A DNA stretch of 64,000 bases from Podarcis cretensis (GCA_951804945.1 OX638150.1:44392001-44456000), one strand, 5' to 3'; shown: positions 43,061 to 58,848, numbered from the stretch's first letter. The notes: generated from the sequence alone by a model not told the origin. A program made the numbers and translations.

Positions 43061-46000
43061 CAAAATTCCAAAGCCAGGTCTGCATATTGAACCAAATAAA
43101 AACTTTGTGAGCTGGACATTTCAACAAGGATCGTTCCATCCTGATGAATCAAGGAAGACACCAAAATCAATTTGATCTTCTCATTCTTCTCAGCCTTCTA
43201 GTACGTAGAACCATCTAGAACAAGAAATGTTAACCAAAATTTTATTAGATTTTATAAGCTGTGTCAAAAGTTATGACAATTGCAAAGTCACAAAAAATTA
43301 TAATTACATTTAAAAACAATATGATCAAATACAGAATCAAGGACTAAAAATTATTGAGTTCATCTTACAATGAAGTGTTCACTTCAGCTATATATTCAGC
43401 TATGTTTCATGCACAAAAATCTGTCTGATTTTTGCAGGACAGGCAAAATTTGGATATGATGTTAGGCTCTCATCTGTCCAGTGACTTTAGGTTTGTCTTT
43501 AAAGTTCAGGTTTCTTAAAAGTGAGCCAAGCAGTTCATTCGTGCAGTTCATTCATCACATTATAATATAATATAACTCTAAAGTTTCAGTGTAGTAGAGA
43601 TGTGTAGGATGTCTGCCTACATGAAGTTGGAGAAACACTCTTCACACAAACAATTTGTCATTCATCCATACACACTGCCCAGGCTTGCGCCCCAGGGATG
43701 TCACTTCAGTGCTGCTAATGCAGAGTTTGACTTCACCCCTGGATATGCGCTGCATTGACTTGCAAGACTGATGGATGCCAACATGGAGAATGCTCTCATT
43801 CTGCACAGATGCAGGGAGGATATGTTGTCTGTAAACACAAATATCTTCTTCCACAAGTTGGAGTGACTGCTGTGCCAATGACACACAGAATCCTGAACAT
43901 CTTTGACATTATTAAAAAGCAAAAATGTGCTGAACATGATAAATATGGAGATCATAGATTTTCAGCTAATTAAGTTCATCCATTGTAACAGGAACAAAGA
44001 TAATGCAGGTATGTACCTTTCACACTGATTTTTTCTGTCACTTTTTGAGTGGCAGAAGCCATTAGCATGTGATTTCCATGTAATTCAAGATTCACACCCA
44101 CTTTTAGTATAAATTGTCTTGCTTTGTTAATTATGGGCGTGTGAATAGGCTCCATGAGAAGACCCTGATTTATAAACCAGTGCCTCTGTGTAATCTCCAA
44201 AAGGGTGCAAGTCTGCCAGCAACTCCATAAGGAATTGTATGTTGGCTTTCATTGAACCATGACTGTTTCTGAGATTTGAGCTAAAAGTGAATCTGAATTG
44301 CTGCAGGCATTGCTTTGTCACATTCATACTGGTTCTTAACAACTACCCCAGTTCTTAATAATTGGTTCAAAAACTGATGCTAATATTTTTACCCCACACA
44401 TGGAGGTTTCACAAATGCTTTCTAGTTTGATTTTGTCTTATGTTGATATCAGCACATCTACAATGTGGGTCAGACAATTAAATCTTCATATGAAAGCTGT
44501 TGGAAAATGTATTTGCCAGTCACTTGTCAATTAGCTGGCTTAAACAAGTGAAGAATCTCCATGGTAGTTGCTCCGCAGGAAAATAAATTATCAGGTCACT
44601 GCTTTGCACCACCAGACTACTTTGCCAGCCTATATTTGAACAGAAAATCAGGACCTCAATCTTCCTACAGTTTGATTAAAAGGAAGAAGAGGCCAAATGC
44701 CCTGGCAGGCTGCCTATTTATCTTGGCACTGAGTGCAGGGTCAAGTGCCACCAATGGGCAGTTGTTCCCATGCCCAGGGGAACACCCACAAGGCCCTGCT
44801 GCCATTGGTCAATTTGGCAGCAGAGAGCAATCCGGCCTGCCATATGCCGGTTCACGAGAACGGCTCGGGGCCTGCCTGCAAAGCCGCCCATCCCAGAAGG
44901 GCAAACGGACTTTCTCTTCAATGCAAATCTCCATATATATATTTTTTGCTGTACTAACCTGCCATTGATTATTGCTTTGAATTTGAAGAAATTAGAACAT
45001 ACACACTTCTTTTTATATATATTAAAAAAAAAACCTGTCCAAACTTTTAAAGAAAGTTTGCACCTATAGGACTACTATAAGAAGAACTGCAACCTGATAT
45101 TGTTACTGTTGAAATTCCAAATTCTGTTCCTCTATCATTGGTGGGAAACCAAGTGTTCTCTTTCCACTCATCTTTTTGTCACAGCTCTTGAGTTCTTGGA
45201 TACTTAAATGCACTCTCAGTATTGCCTTTCATCTCGTTTCGCTCAGTTCCTGCAGCCAAAGAGGCAGAAGAGTTCATAGGCTGATAACACTGCATAACAA
45301 TTTTTGACAAAAGTCATGCCTCTGAGATAAAAGTAGCCATTTCTTACAGATTTTGAGGTGCTGAATACGAATATGACAATGAAAACGCAAAATCGGCTAC
45401 AGTTTCTCAGAGATCTGCAATCATTTATTATAATTTTGAGTATGACTATATGCTACTAAAACAGTAGCTGTCTGAGAAACGTGAGTTATTTGGCTTGAAT
45501 ACTATCTAACTGAAGAAGCAATACATTGGATAGTGGATATGGAAGATATGGAAAGAGGGCAGGTGAAAGGTAAAAAAATGTGCTTTAAAAAACCCAACCA
45601 CCAGTTAACAACTAGAAGATTTGAAAGGCTACAAAGAAAATGTTATCCTGCCCTGTCAGGCACATACACATTAATAGTCAGCCCAGTGTTGAATATATAT
45701 CTATGAACAATCTGGATATCATATGCTTACCTGAAGCCCAGTATTGTTTGCTCACTTACTTTGATTGGAAGTGGCTTTTCGAGGTCTTAGGTAGAAGTTT
45801 CCCCCCATCATCTGCTTCCTCATCCTTTTAACTGCATATGCATGTGAATGAACTTGGGACATTCTATGTACAAAGCATATACTCCACCACTGACCTATAT
45901 CCTGTCTCCTGGAACACTCAAAACCTAAAGCCTGTGAGTACCAACAAACTATACTGTATTGCCATACTTGCTAGGGTGCTGATACAGATGGGAGGCCCTC

Positions 46001-48321
46001 CACACAAATTAAATATGCTGTGACAGTCATAGTAACTGCTGTTTGCTGCACACAAATGTCAAAAAGGAGCATTGCAGGGAGTTTAACTAGATTACCCTTT
46101 GGGTCTCTTCCAACTCTACAATTCTATAAGAATATGCAAAGTTGCAGTAAATCAAGTCTACCTAGCCCAAATGTGTGGCAGAGGTTCTTCAAGGTATTGG
46201 GCTAATGGCTTTCCCAGCTTTTGTTTCCTGAGACCCTTCAACCAGAGATGCCAGAGATTGAATCCAAGACCTGCAAACAATTTGTTGTACTACTAAGCTA
46301 AGCCCTTTTTCCCACCTAGAGGGAAAGTCATCCTTGGTATCTAACTACTTTCATGCCTCAGTTAATTGTGACAACCCCAGGATAAGAAAAACAACAACTC
46401 AACTAAGTACATGCTGGTCAGAGAAGAATAAAATTCCTTAGGAGGAATTTGAAGAGACTTGGTGGTATTGCAGCTAGGGTGCAGGCTGCGTTCGCAGAAT
46501 ACCTCTTGCATTTTTGCTATTCTTCAGACAGGAGGCACAAGTGACCATGTTTTGAAAAAACCACCACTATGCTAACTTCTCAATGAAATATTGAAATCTA
46601 GTCCTAAGTTGTGGAGAGTCACAGGAAGATACAGAACCATTGTGAGTCCGCACTGCAGTCCATGCCTCCTGTCATGGGATGATTTGCAATGATCATGTTA
46701 TGGCTGGAGAAGAGCAGCACACTGATGAATCGTTTCTGAATGGGGGCAAAAATCTAATTAGCCTTGATGCAGATGGAGTTGTTAAAAGTGGTTAATGGAA
46801 GTATTAGGCTCATCATGTAAGGCTAAGCAATTAGGTAGGGCAGGGTATAAAATCTAGTACCCTCCAGATGTTTTTGGACTATGGTTCCCATCATCCCTGA
46901 CAATTAACAATGCTGCCTTGGGGAGTTGTAGCCCAAAAACATCTGGAGGGTATAGGAAAGCTTTGTTTGTACCATGTTGACTTTTTACATAAGGAAATGC
47001 ACATAGCTACCTGTGCCTTAGACCCTGGTAAGGCATCTGGTTTCAAAGGAGACTGTATGCAGGAGCTTGTATTGGGTGTCAGGAATCCCAGGTTAGCATA
47101 GACTTGGTGAAAGGAGGATGAAGAGATGGGAGAAGGAATGTGGTGTGTGGAGCTCAAGGTAAATGAACTTTAGGCTAGAGGCCTTGGTGTCAAGACTCAT
47201 AGGTCTCATTCCTAGCTGTGCTATTTCCATATCTGTGCTTTACGTCCCAGCTTTACAAAACCCTTTGAGTAAAAATAATCTTTTCAATGCAATACACTAT
47301 AATAATCTCTCTCCTCTGTAATGGCCCACTCCTCTGTAAATCTTCCATGTCCTTCCCATTCGCTACCATTGTCCATACATCCCTTGGTTCATTCAACCAT
47401 GACATCAGCTGTCCAGAAAACCAAAGAGAGATAAATTTGTTCTGCAGTTCCCTTACGTATTTGTGGGGAAGAGAATTGGGATTTCTGAGTGCCCTATTTG
47501 CCCTGGTAAAGAATTGCTGCCTGTATCCATTCACCCCCACCATTATCCCTTATTCACTGTTGCTGTCCCTAATCATACAGAGATCCCAGGGTTTATTCTG
47601 CATGAGACAGCAATCCAAGGGACCCAATTCTCCTACAGAATTGGCATTTTCATAATCATTGGCCTACATACACTATGGCTAACATGATTTGGCTCTTTCA
47701 TCTCCCTTACTGTTGCAATCCATGCTTGCTCCAGTGCATGGAAAAGCTAGGACGCTGTCCCCAAATAAGCGCACTGTGAATTCTGTGCCATTGAAACACA
47801 CACACATGCACACATACAGAAATTCAAATTCAGTAAGCAGAAACTACAAACTATAAGTGAATTTTTGTATGAACAATACAAATCTGTATGAATATTTCTA
47901 TAACATTTTGTTTTTGTTTTTGTTGGCATTGAGATATTTTGGGTCACAACAAGAAATGCTTCAGGGAATTGAATGCAGCAAAACAATAGGGGGGAAGTGG
48001 ATATAGAATGACTCTGGAAGAAGGGCATGTGGTATGGGAGTGGGGAGGAGGGGAGCCACAAGCAACTGCTACACCCAGGCCTAATATCACAGTTTGTGAT
48101 ATAAGAATAGCTGCAGTGTGGTAACATTTGAAGGAAGACAATTCTGTGGGTGGAAGCAGCAAGGTAGTTTACAAACCCATAACAGTTCTGCAGGTCCTGG
48201 GAGAGGTCACTGCTCCTATGGGAGGTAACTATGCTGCTGGCCCCAGCCACATGAATCCATTGTTACTAGAGGTCAGCCATGCTGTAGCAGTTCCTATGCC
48301 ATTCATAAAAGCAAAGTAACA

Positions 48322-48638
48322 CTCAGGGTTTATCCACAGTTATATTTCCTCTACTTCTTTCAGGCACAGTCTGCGCTTTAAAACACCGCATTCAAGTGCT
48401 CTCTCTTTTTTTGCCCCATCACATTCCCTGCAAAAACCCACTCTTTAAAGCTCAATCAGAGCAAACAGCAATCTGGGAAACCCAAATTGATGCTTGCTCC
48501 AATTGGGTTCTAAAGAGCAGGTTTTCACAGGGAAAGCTTCAAGGGGGGCAGGGACGCAACAACTCTTGGACATGGAGCTTTTGAGTGCAAACCTGTATCT
48601 GGAAAGAGCAGGAGAAATGGTAGCTGTGGATAATCCCC
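48322..48638. mobile_element. Harbinger-like MITE
   Basis: gggtttatccacag..ctgtggataatccc termini, internal ctctttaaag/ctaaagag palindrome. Confidence 0.6.
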
Positions 48639-48674
48639 CAGTCTTGTAGACTGCCAGAATCCTGGGGTATCCAC

Positions 48675-49460
48675 TGAGGGTTTATCCACACTTTCTCTTG
48701 TCCCGCTGCTTTCCTCCAGGGAAAACTGCTCTTTAGGGCTCAAGTTATCTCTCGCTTGTACTACTGCAATGCGCTCTATGTGGGGCTACCTTTGAAGGTG
48801 ACCCAGAAACTACAGCTAATCCAGAATGCGGCAGCTAGACTGGTGACTGGGAGCAGCCGCCGAGACCATATAACACCGGTCTTGAAAGACCTACATTGGC
48901 TCCCAGTACGTTTCCGAGCACAATTCAAAGTGTTGGTGCTGACCTTTAAAGCCCTAAATGGCCTCGGTCCAGTATACCTGAAGGAGTGTCTCCACCCCCA
49001 TTGTTCTGCCCAGACATTGAGGTCCAGCGCCGAGGGCCTTCTAGCAGTTCCCTCACTGTGAGAAACCAAGTTACAGGGAACCAGGCAGAGGGCCTTCTCA
49101 GTAGTGGCACCCGCCCTGTGGAATGTCCTCCCACTAGATGTCAAAGACAAAAACAACTACCAGACTTTTAGAAGACATCTGAAGGCAGCCCTGTTTAGGG
49201 AAGCTTTTAATGTTTAATAGACTATTGTATTTTAATATTTTGTTGGAAGCCGCCCAGATGGGCAGGGTATAAATAATAAATTATTATTATTATATTGTAA
49301 TCCGAGCAAATAACAATTCAGGTTCCCCCCAAATTGCCATTTGTTCCAATCTATCGCTAAAGAGCATGTTTTCCCTTGGAAAGGAACAGGGCAAGGGAAA
49401 ACTTCTTGGACCCGTGCTTTCTAGGCACCGCACAATTGGAAAAGTCGACAAGCCCTGAGT
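48675..49460. mobile_element. Harbinger-like MITE split by the L2 insertion; related fragment at ~1990-2165
   Basis: Left arm agggtttatccac..gggaaaactgctctttag, right arm ctaaagagcatgttttccc..gtcgacaagccct. Confidence 0.6.
48746..49295 (+). mobile_element. L2 LINE 3' fragment (young)
   Basis: YCNALYVGLP..LQLIQNAAARLVTG..HITPVLKDLHWLPV is a typical L2 ORF2 C-terminus; ends in a (TTA)n tail. Confidence 0.9.
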
Positions 49461-50388
49461 GAGGCAGTCACCAAGAGGTGTGGCTATTGAGTTCTGGTTG
49501 CAAAGCAAAAATATAATTTCTACAACTACTGTTAAACTTTTGGTCAACTGCCAAAAAGTCCAGAGAGTCCATCCCCAGTCCTCTGTGAATTCTGAATGCA
49601 ATGCAAAAGAAAGGTCTAAGGGATGAGAAGGAAAATAAGGTTGCTTCATCTTGTTTTATGAGGTGCCTCACCTTTGGGATCCACAACAGATCCTGCATAT
49701 GGCCCAAAAGAAAGGCTTGACTCTGCAAGATCTTCTGACAGGTTGAATTAAGTTATGTGACAGAAATGGATTTGATGCACAGGCCATGTACCTTGTTCAT
49801 GGACAGCTCAGGAACACAAGGTAATGTGAGGGCACAGGCAGCATTCTTACCAAATTGCCAAAGAGGAGGAAATTCTGAGCTCCCAAGTACGAAGCACTGA
49901 GGAAGATCTGTTCAGTCTAATGCAGGCTGCTCTCCCAAGATTTACAGGTTTTCTGGACATCAGATTCCTGAGGGATCTTCCTACTTAATGTGTCATCATC
50001 ATTATCATCACCATCATCTATATGTGTGTCTCCCTCTTTCTTTCTCCTCTTCCTTCAGAGTTTTTGATCTCATCTGTCATTCTGTGCACCTCTGTTCAGT
50101 GACATCCACTTAATGAACCCCAAGGACCCTGACCGTCTAACCCCCATTTCCATTGGTCCTATCTCAGCTAATGCACTAGCTGGTCAAGCCCCACCCTGAG
50201 CATCTTGTGTGATCTCCAGCCCACAGCCTTGGCTCAGGAATGGCACATGGCCCATAGTCTGTCAATTTCATTTCTTTCTTTTCTACCTTAAGGATGCACC
50301 CATTTTTTGCACCAAGAGCCCACAATCCGGATCTCTCCCTTAGAGCAATCTATACCAGAGCTATGAATGAGTCTCAACGTGTTCTCTG

Positions 50389-50434
50389 TGCATGCTTTTG
50401 CACTGTGCTGCATGCTGCATGCTCTTTTTGCATG
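50389..50434 (+). promoter_or_regulatory. Cluster of four TGCATG (RBFOX) motifs
   Basis: TGCATG at 50389, 50409, 50416 and 50429. Confidence 0.7.
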
Positions 50435-50592
50435 CTCTAGTCTTGCGCATTTGATGAAATCTGTTCTGTTGAATGTTTGTGTGCATTCTCCTTGGACCCT
50501 ATCCCTTTACCACTGCTGTCTACTGCTGTCTTGGATAGTTGGGATTTTATTTGGGTTTTTCCTTTGTTTTACACTTTTTTACTTTTATATAG

Positions 50593-50620
50593 ACAATGAG
50601 CTCTTTGGGGAGAACTCTGT
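50593..50620 (+). other. Candidate 28-nt poison microexon in intron 37
   Basis: U-rich tract, tatag|ACAATGAGCTCTTTGGGGAGAACTCTGT|gtaagt. A stop codon arises in either splicing context. No transcript evidence is available here. Confidence 0.45.
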
Positions 50621-51285
50621 GTAAGTTTGGAAGAGGACCTTAAAAGGGATACATTCTGGAGAGGAGAGATTACATCATGAGAGACTTAGTTGGATAGGAC
50701 ACATGGGACTCATCTACAGCTAGGGGATGAGAGTAGCTCTAGTGACCCAAGCTAGGAGTCTAGAATATTCCTATTTCTGAAAACTGATTGGGATACAGTG
50801 GGCTAGAACAGAAGCCAGGAAACTGCCTCCAAGTCTAATACAGACAACATAAGGGTCTCCTTGCAGAGGTCTTCAGACTACAGTCATCTCTGGCTAAAGT
50901 CATTGGCAAAAACCCAGTAGATAATCTTGCAGAATGTTTAAGGTAAATCTCAGTGGGATGAATTTCTAAGCAACACGTTTAGGAGTGCAACCAGGTCCAT
51001 AAAGTTATTATGTGGGGTTATTTCCAGGCCCATCTTCTAGTAGCTGATGTGTACTCCACATGCCAGTATCTGAAAGCAGTTGGGTGAAAGCAAAATAAGG
51101 TGTGATAAGAGCCGAGTATCCAGATATTAACATATTGCAACTGGCCTCTGGTCCTCGTGATATTGGGTGGGAAGTGAGGTTAAGACATGAGGAGGAGGAT
51201 TTGATGCAAGTTATTGAACTCAGAGTTCTCCCCAGAGCTCATATACTCCTCTGTGCATGATAACCTGGGTGGTGGGGAGTTGTGA

Positions 51286-51426
<141 letters not shown>

Positions 51427-52056
51427 TGACACCCCCATAAACACAGCAAGAGAGAGCAGTTTCTTTCCTGACAGATTAGAGAATTCTGGGAAATTAAATA
51501 TTGGAAAGCAAAGCCTGGGAAAAGTTTTCAATTAGCAATAATTTTGCCTCAGATTAACCTCATCCGCTACACTACTACCACTGCACAATTATAATACCTG
51601 CTAGTTCTTTTATATAGACGATACATTGCACATAAATATGTATGCAAATGCCTATAGGAGAAACAAGGCTCCCTGGACCAGATATTCCCCAGGGAGGAGT
51701 AGTAAGGGGTAGGCATTCTGCCTCTTAATTGGTCAAACATAACAGTACCAGCCTATGCATGAAGAAAGCAGTTACCGGTATGTTAAAGACCCATCAGAAG
51801 AATGATACTGCCTTTAAAACCTAGGAACATTTCACTGTAGAGTTTTACACAGGATGAAATGTACTTGTCATTATTAAAAGCTCCAAGGCCCCTTTTCTGA
51901 CTCGCTTGGGTTGGAGATCTTTCTGGTTATTTTGCCATAGTAGTTTGTCTCCTTGCCCCCTACAGCTGAGGTCAGGGAGCACCGAAACCTCCCATGGAAC
52001 AGAATGCCCCAGGGTGCATTCCACATCTTTCAGGAAGACTTCTCCCAAAGTGTAGA

Positions 52057-52190
52057 TAAGGGTTGCAGAACCTGTGGCCTTCCAGATGCTGCTGGACTCT
52101 GACTCAGCTTCAGCCAATATGGCCAATGGTCAGGGATGATGGGAGTTGTAGTCCAGCAACATATGGAGGGCCACAGGTTCCCCATCTCTG
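52057..52190. mobile_element. hAT-type MITE (related copies at ~46841-46965 and ~62355-62497)
   Basis: aacctgtggcc..ggccacaggtt inverted arms, gatgatgggagttgtagtcc core. Confidence 0.7.
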
Positions 52191-52559
52191 ATCTACATGC
52201 AAGGAGTCATCTTACTGAGTGGTATGGAATGCACCCTGACCAAAAAAATAATGATGATGATGTAGAATATTCTGATGTAGAACTTTAGAATGTTAAGGAG
52301 AAAACTGTTCTAGAATCCTCTCTGACTTGCCAGCTTTCTGTGTCCCAGGAAATGCTGAGGGCAGCAATAGTCAAACATACCAACTAACACCTACAATGTG
52401 AAGTGTGACTGATTCAACTCTGATATAGAGTGGCTGTAACAGCAACGGGGCACATCCATACCGTACATTTAAAGCAATGCACATTTAATCCAATGCACAT
52501 TTAAAGTACATGACTTCCCCCAGAGAATCCTGGGAACTGTAGTTTGTTAAGGCTGCTAG

Positions 52560-52945
<386 letters not shown>

Positions 52946-53349
52946 TTCATTCTGTCCACACTGAGTTCATGCAAATACTCACTTCTTTATGGAAATAACT
53001 TTATGGAAATTACTGTTGCAATGTCATCTTGGCAATGGAGAGAACTGTGTTATTTCCACATGGATAGTCTCACAGGGAACACAATGGTAAAGCAGCACTC
53101 AGCAGGACTGAACCATCCTCATCAGCTGTCACCCAGTGATGTCAACTGATAGACAGATGGGCATGGTTTGGGGAAAACAGCCTCATGGATAAACTTAGAT
53201 CCCATGGTGGGACAAGAGTTCCTCATGGTCCAGACGTTCCCCACCCCACCGTAAAAGATCAAGTGCATAGTTGGAAGTTACTCTGTAATGCCACCTTGTC
53301 CACTGAAGGCTGATTATTGACAGTGGTTATTGACAGCTATGGCTGATTC

Positions 53350-54185
53350 ATCACATATGTCCATGTCTGGACAGGGATAGCCTGGCCACACTAATTCACA
53401 CCCTAGTAGCTTCCTGGATTAACTATTGTAATGCACTTTACATAGGGCAACTCCTGAGCACAGTTCAAAGATTGTCACTAGTTCAGAATGCCAGTTTTTT
53501 TAAAGCATCTGCATTGGCTATATGTCGCCGGGCTCCCCACGCTGCGGATAGCAGCCTGCCGCCCAGCGCGCATGGAGCCCTGAAGCAGAGCGCCCCGCGC
53601 GCTGGACAGACATCGGCCAGCCCCACAAGCTCGGGGGACAGCGGGGAGGCGCAGCGCTGCCATCCCACTGTTCCCCGACCTGGTTTTGGGGGGGAAATAA
53701 AGGGGAAAAAATTTCCTTTATTCCCCCCCCCAAAAAAAAAGTAGGTGCGTCCTATGGGACGGAGCGTCCTATGGGACGAAAAATACGGTAACTAAAAGAG
53801 CACCTCTCCCAATATTGTCCCTCCCATATGCTGAGACGTATCAGGGAGGCTGTGTTGGTAGTAGCACCATTAATGGATACCTGATTGACTAAAACTTGGA
53901 GATAGGTGCTCTTGATCGTAGCACCACAACTCTGGAGGACTTTTCTCGAGATCAGACAGGTATCAACGCAGAGTAGGTTCTGATGTCAGGTAAATACATT
54001 TCTCTTTAATTAGCCTTCAGACAGCAGGTGTTTTCAGGTAAAGGAACTTGTATATTGTGATTTTTTATTAATTTTACTTTTTGAAAGACTTAAATTGTTA
54101 TTAATTCTTATTGATTATTTGTTGTTTCATCTTTTTTGTAAACCACTTTGAGTTTTTTACAATCAAGTATAAAATAAAAAATAAT
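53350..54185 (+). mobile_element. Degenerate L2 fragment interrupted by a DNA transposon piece
   Basis: LATLIHTLVASWINYCNALY..LKHLHWL remnant, resuming after 53790. Confidence 0.7.
53521..53790. mobile_element. Truncated Tc1/mariner (pogo-like) non-autonomous element
   Basis: GC/CpG-rich island ending in gcgtcctatgggacg x2 + aaaaatacgg-TA, a pogo/mariner-type terminal repeat; the left TIR is not seen. Confidence 0.6.
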
Positions 54186-54713
54186 CTTGATTAATCATTA
54201 TACACACACACACTTATCTGCATTGTTGTTGTGTACTTTGATTTTATTGGAACCTGCCCTTAGGCCACTTGGTAAAGGGTAAAAGAAAAATTCTGCAAAT
54301 AAATAAATAAATCCCTTTCCTATTATTTTATTACAGAGGAGAAAGAGCTGTTCTTTAAAAGGCTCCTCCTTTCAGAATATTACCCTCCAACTTGTGGAGG
54401 GTGATTAGAATGATCGCAAGAAGGTAGAGTTAATGCACATCTCCATATGCCCCTTGTGTTTACTTTGCCAAAAGAGGTCTAATAAGGCCATGTTCAACTC
54501 TCCATGTGGTGTCTGAGACTAGCAATTTAAATTTGGGAACTTTCCCATAGATGTCTACCTGAGCTGCAACTGCAAAACCCATGAAGGAATTAACAATTTT
54601 ACATGCAGACACACACAGACTTACAGTGATGGCATCCCACCAACCAAGAAATCTCAGCCCAAAACTGAAGGCAGAGTTCACCTTTAGAAAAACCTAAGGG
54701 AAAAATAAGCTGA

Positions 54714-57159
<2,446 letters not shown>

Positions 57160-57857
57160 GAGAAAAGTTCCCTCAGTATCCAGCTTTCTTTCTTTCTTTC
57201 TTTTTTGCCAATTCTGTGTCTATGCTGTAAGTTTGATTTCCACGAATCCCTGAACTAATGTATTTTAAGGGGGGCCGAGGGATGTATGATACTGTATTTG
57301 TGCAGTTGTGTGTGTGCAGTCATGCAGGTGCCAAATAATTTTGATGCAATGTGCATCAAAGGCAGGATTGGAGGAGAATCTTGAGATGCCTTCTTGGGAT
57401 TGTGAAGGAACTGGAGCTAAGTAAAATCAGGGGAAAAAACTCCCTGGCAAGGAGGAAATACTCAAACTTCAGTGCCAGTTCTTAAGTACAAGTTCTTATA
57501 ATGCCAATTCAAGGCAAGGAAGAGCCAATGGTTGCTAGACTCTCAGCTGCATCAGTGGAGTGGCCCTAGAACTCCTCTCTCCCCACCTACCCTGTTACAG
57601 CCTAATGAAATGACTGCTACCAATTGACAGTTGATAGAGGGAAGAGGGTGGCTTCTCAGTAAAGCCAATAGGCAATGTATCAGTCTGTGAGCAAGGTTTC
57701 ACTCACAGTTCAAAGCATGCAGGGATTGTCTTGTCACTGACAGCTTTTCAAATGGTCTGAACTTTTACTCGAGGAAAAGAAGCTATTTAATAGCTGCATG
57801 TATTTTCCAACAGATATCTAAATACCAACTTGTGCATCATTCTGTGCTTTCCTGTAG

Positions 57858-57967
57858 AATCGGACACCACTTATGTTCCAGCGCATGGATCTAGCATCCC
57901 CATCCCAGGAAGGTGGCCCAGGACAGAATGCTCTCCCTTCCTCACAACTGGATCAAGGGGATGGAAC
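57858..57967 (+). CDS. CACNA1A: Exon 41 [36 protein letters not shown]
   Basis: ctgtag|AAT..AC|gtgagt, 110 nt. Confidence 0.95.
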
Positions 57968-58053
57968 GTGAGTCTTAATCAATATAGCTTTCAGACCTGT
58001 ATTTGAAAAGACATCTCAGAAACAGAATGTGCAGAATCAGACGCCTTGTAGAC

Positions 58054-58396
58054 CATGGGTAGGCAAACTAAGGCCCAGGGGCCGGATCCAGCCCAATCGC
58101 CTTCTAAATCCAGCCTGCAGGTGGTCTGGGAATCAGCGTGTTTTTACATGAGTAGAATGTGTCCTTTTATTTAAAATGCATCTCTGGGTTATTTGTGGGG
58201 CCTGCCTGGTGTTTTTACATGAGTAGAATGTGCCTTTTATTTAAAATGCATCTCTGGGTTATTTGTGGGACCTGCCTAGTGTTTTTACGTGAGTAGAATG
58301 TGTGCTTTTATTTAAAATGCATCTCTGGGTTATTTGTGGGGAATAGGAATTTGTTCATTCCCCCCCCCCCCCGCTGAAAAAGTTTGCTGACCCCTG
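58054..58396. mobile_element. hAT MITE with an internal ~70-bp tandem repeat (about 3 copies, 58138-58340)
   Basis: TIRs catgggtaggcaaact / agtttgctgacccctg; 8-bp TSD ttgtagac / ttgtagaa. Confidence 0.85.
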
Positions 58397-58848
58397 TTGT
58401 AGAACCTTCATCACAGATTACTAAAAACCCACACAATGATTACCACTTCAATAGATATAACTGGAGTCTTCAGCCCAGAAACACTACAGTGTATTTTTAT
58501 AGATATTTTCTGCTTTAGATGTTTGCATACAAGCCTTTACTAAATATTCTCAAGGGAGTTTATGTCTCTGGTTTTCAGTATGTCAACTTGAGTGGGGGGT
58601 TTTCCTGATTTGGTTCTGTACATGATTGATCCCTGCTGTATGCTTTCCAGGTACTGTATAAGAGTTCCTAAAACTACCAGATTCTGGCTGTGTTTACTTA
58701 GCTGGGAAACTCTAGGGTTTTGAATAGCAGGGAACCTGACAAGGCAGCTATTGTAGCTATTTCCACAACGCTAATGATTCTGTGTCATCAGACTCTGTCT
58801 GTGACTGTGCAGCAACTTGTTATAGTCTGACTATTCTTTCTGCTCCAG

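Noticed and set aside
50168-50264. Possible third degenerate copy of exon 37 (similar ctaaccccc branch context, faint gtgatctcc..cccatag resemblance)
   Set aside because: Immediate stop, no [10 protein letters not shown]-like peptide and no donor at 97 nt; the similarity is probably chance.
58138-58340. Regularly spaced repeats resembling an array
   Set aside because: A plain ~70-bp tandem repeat with no unique spacers, inside a hAT MITE; not CRISPR-like.
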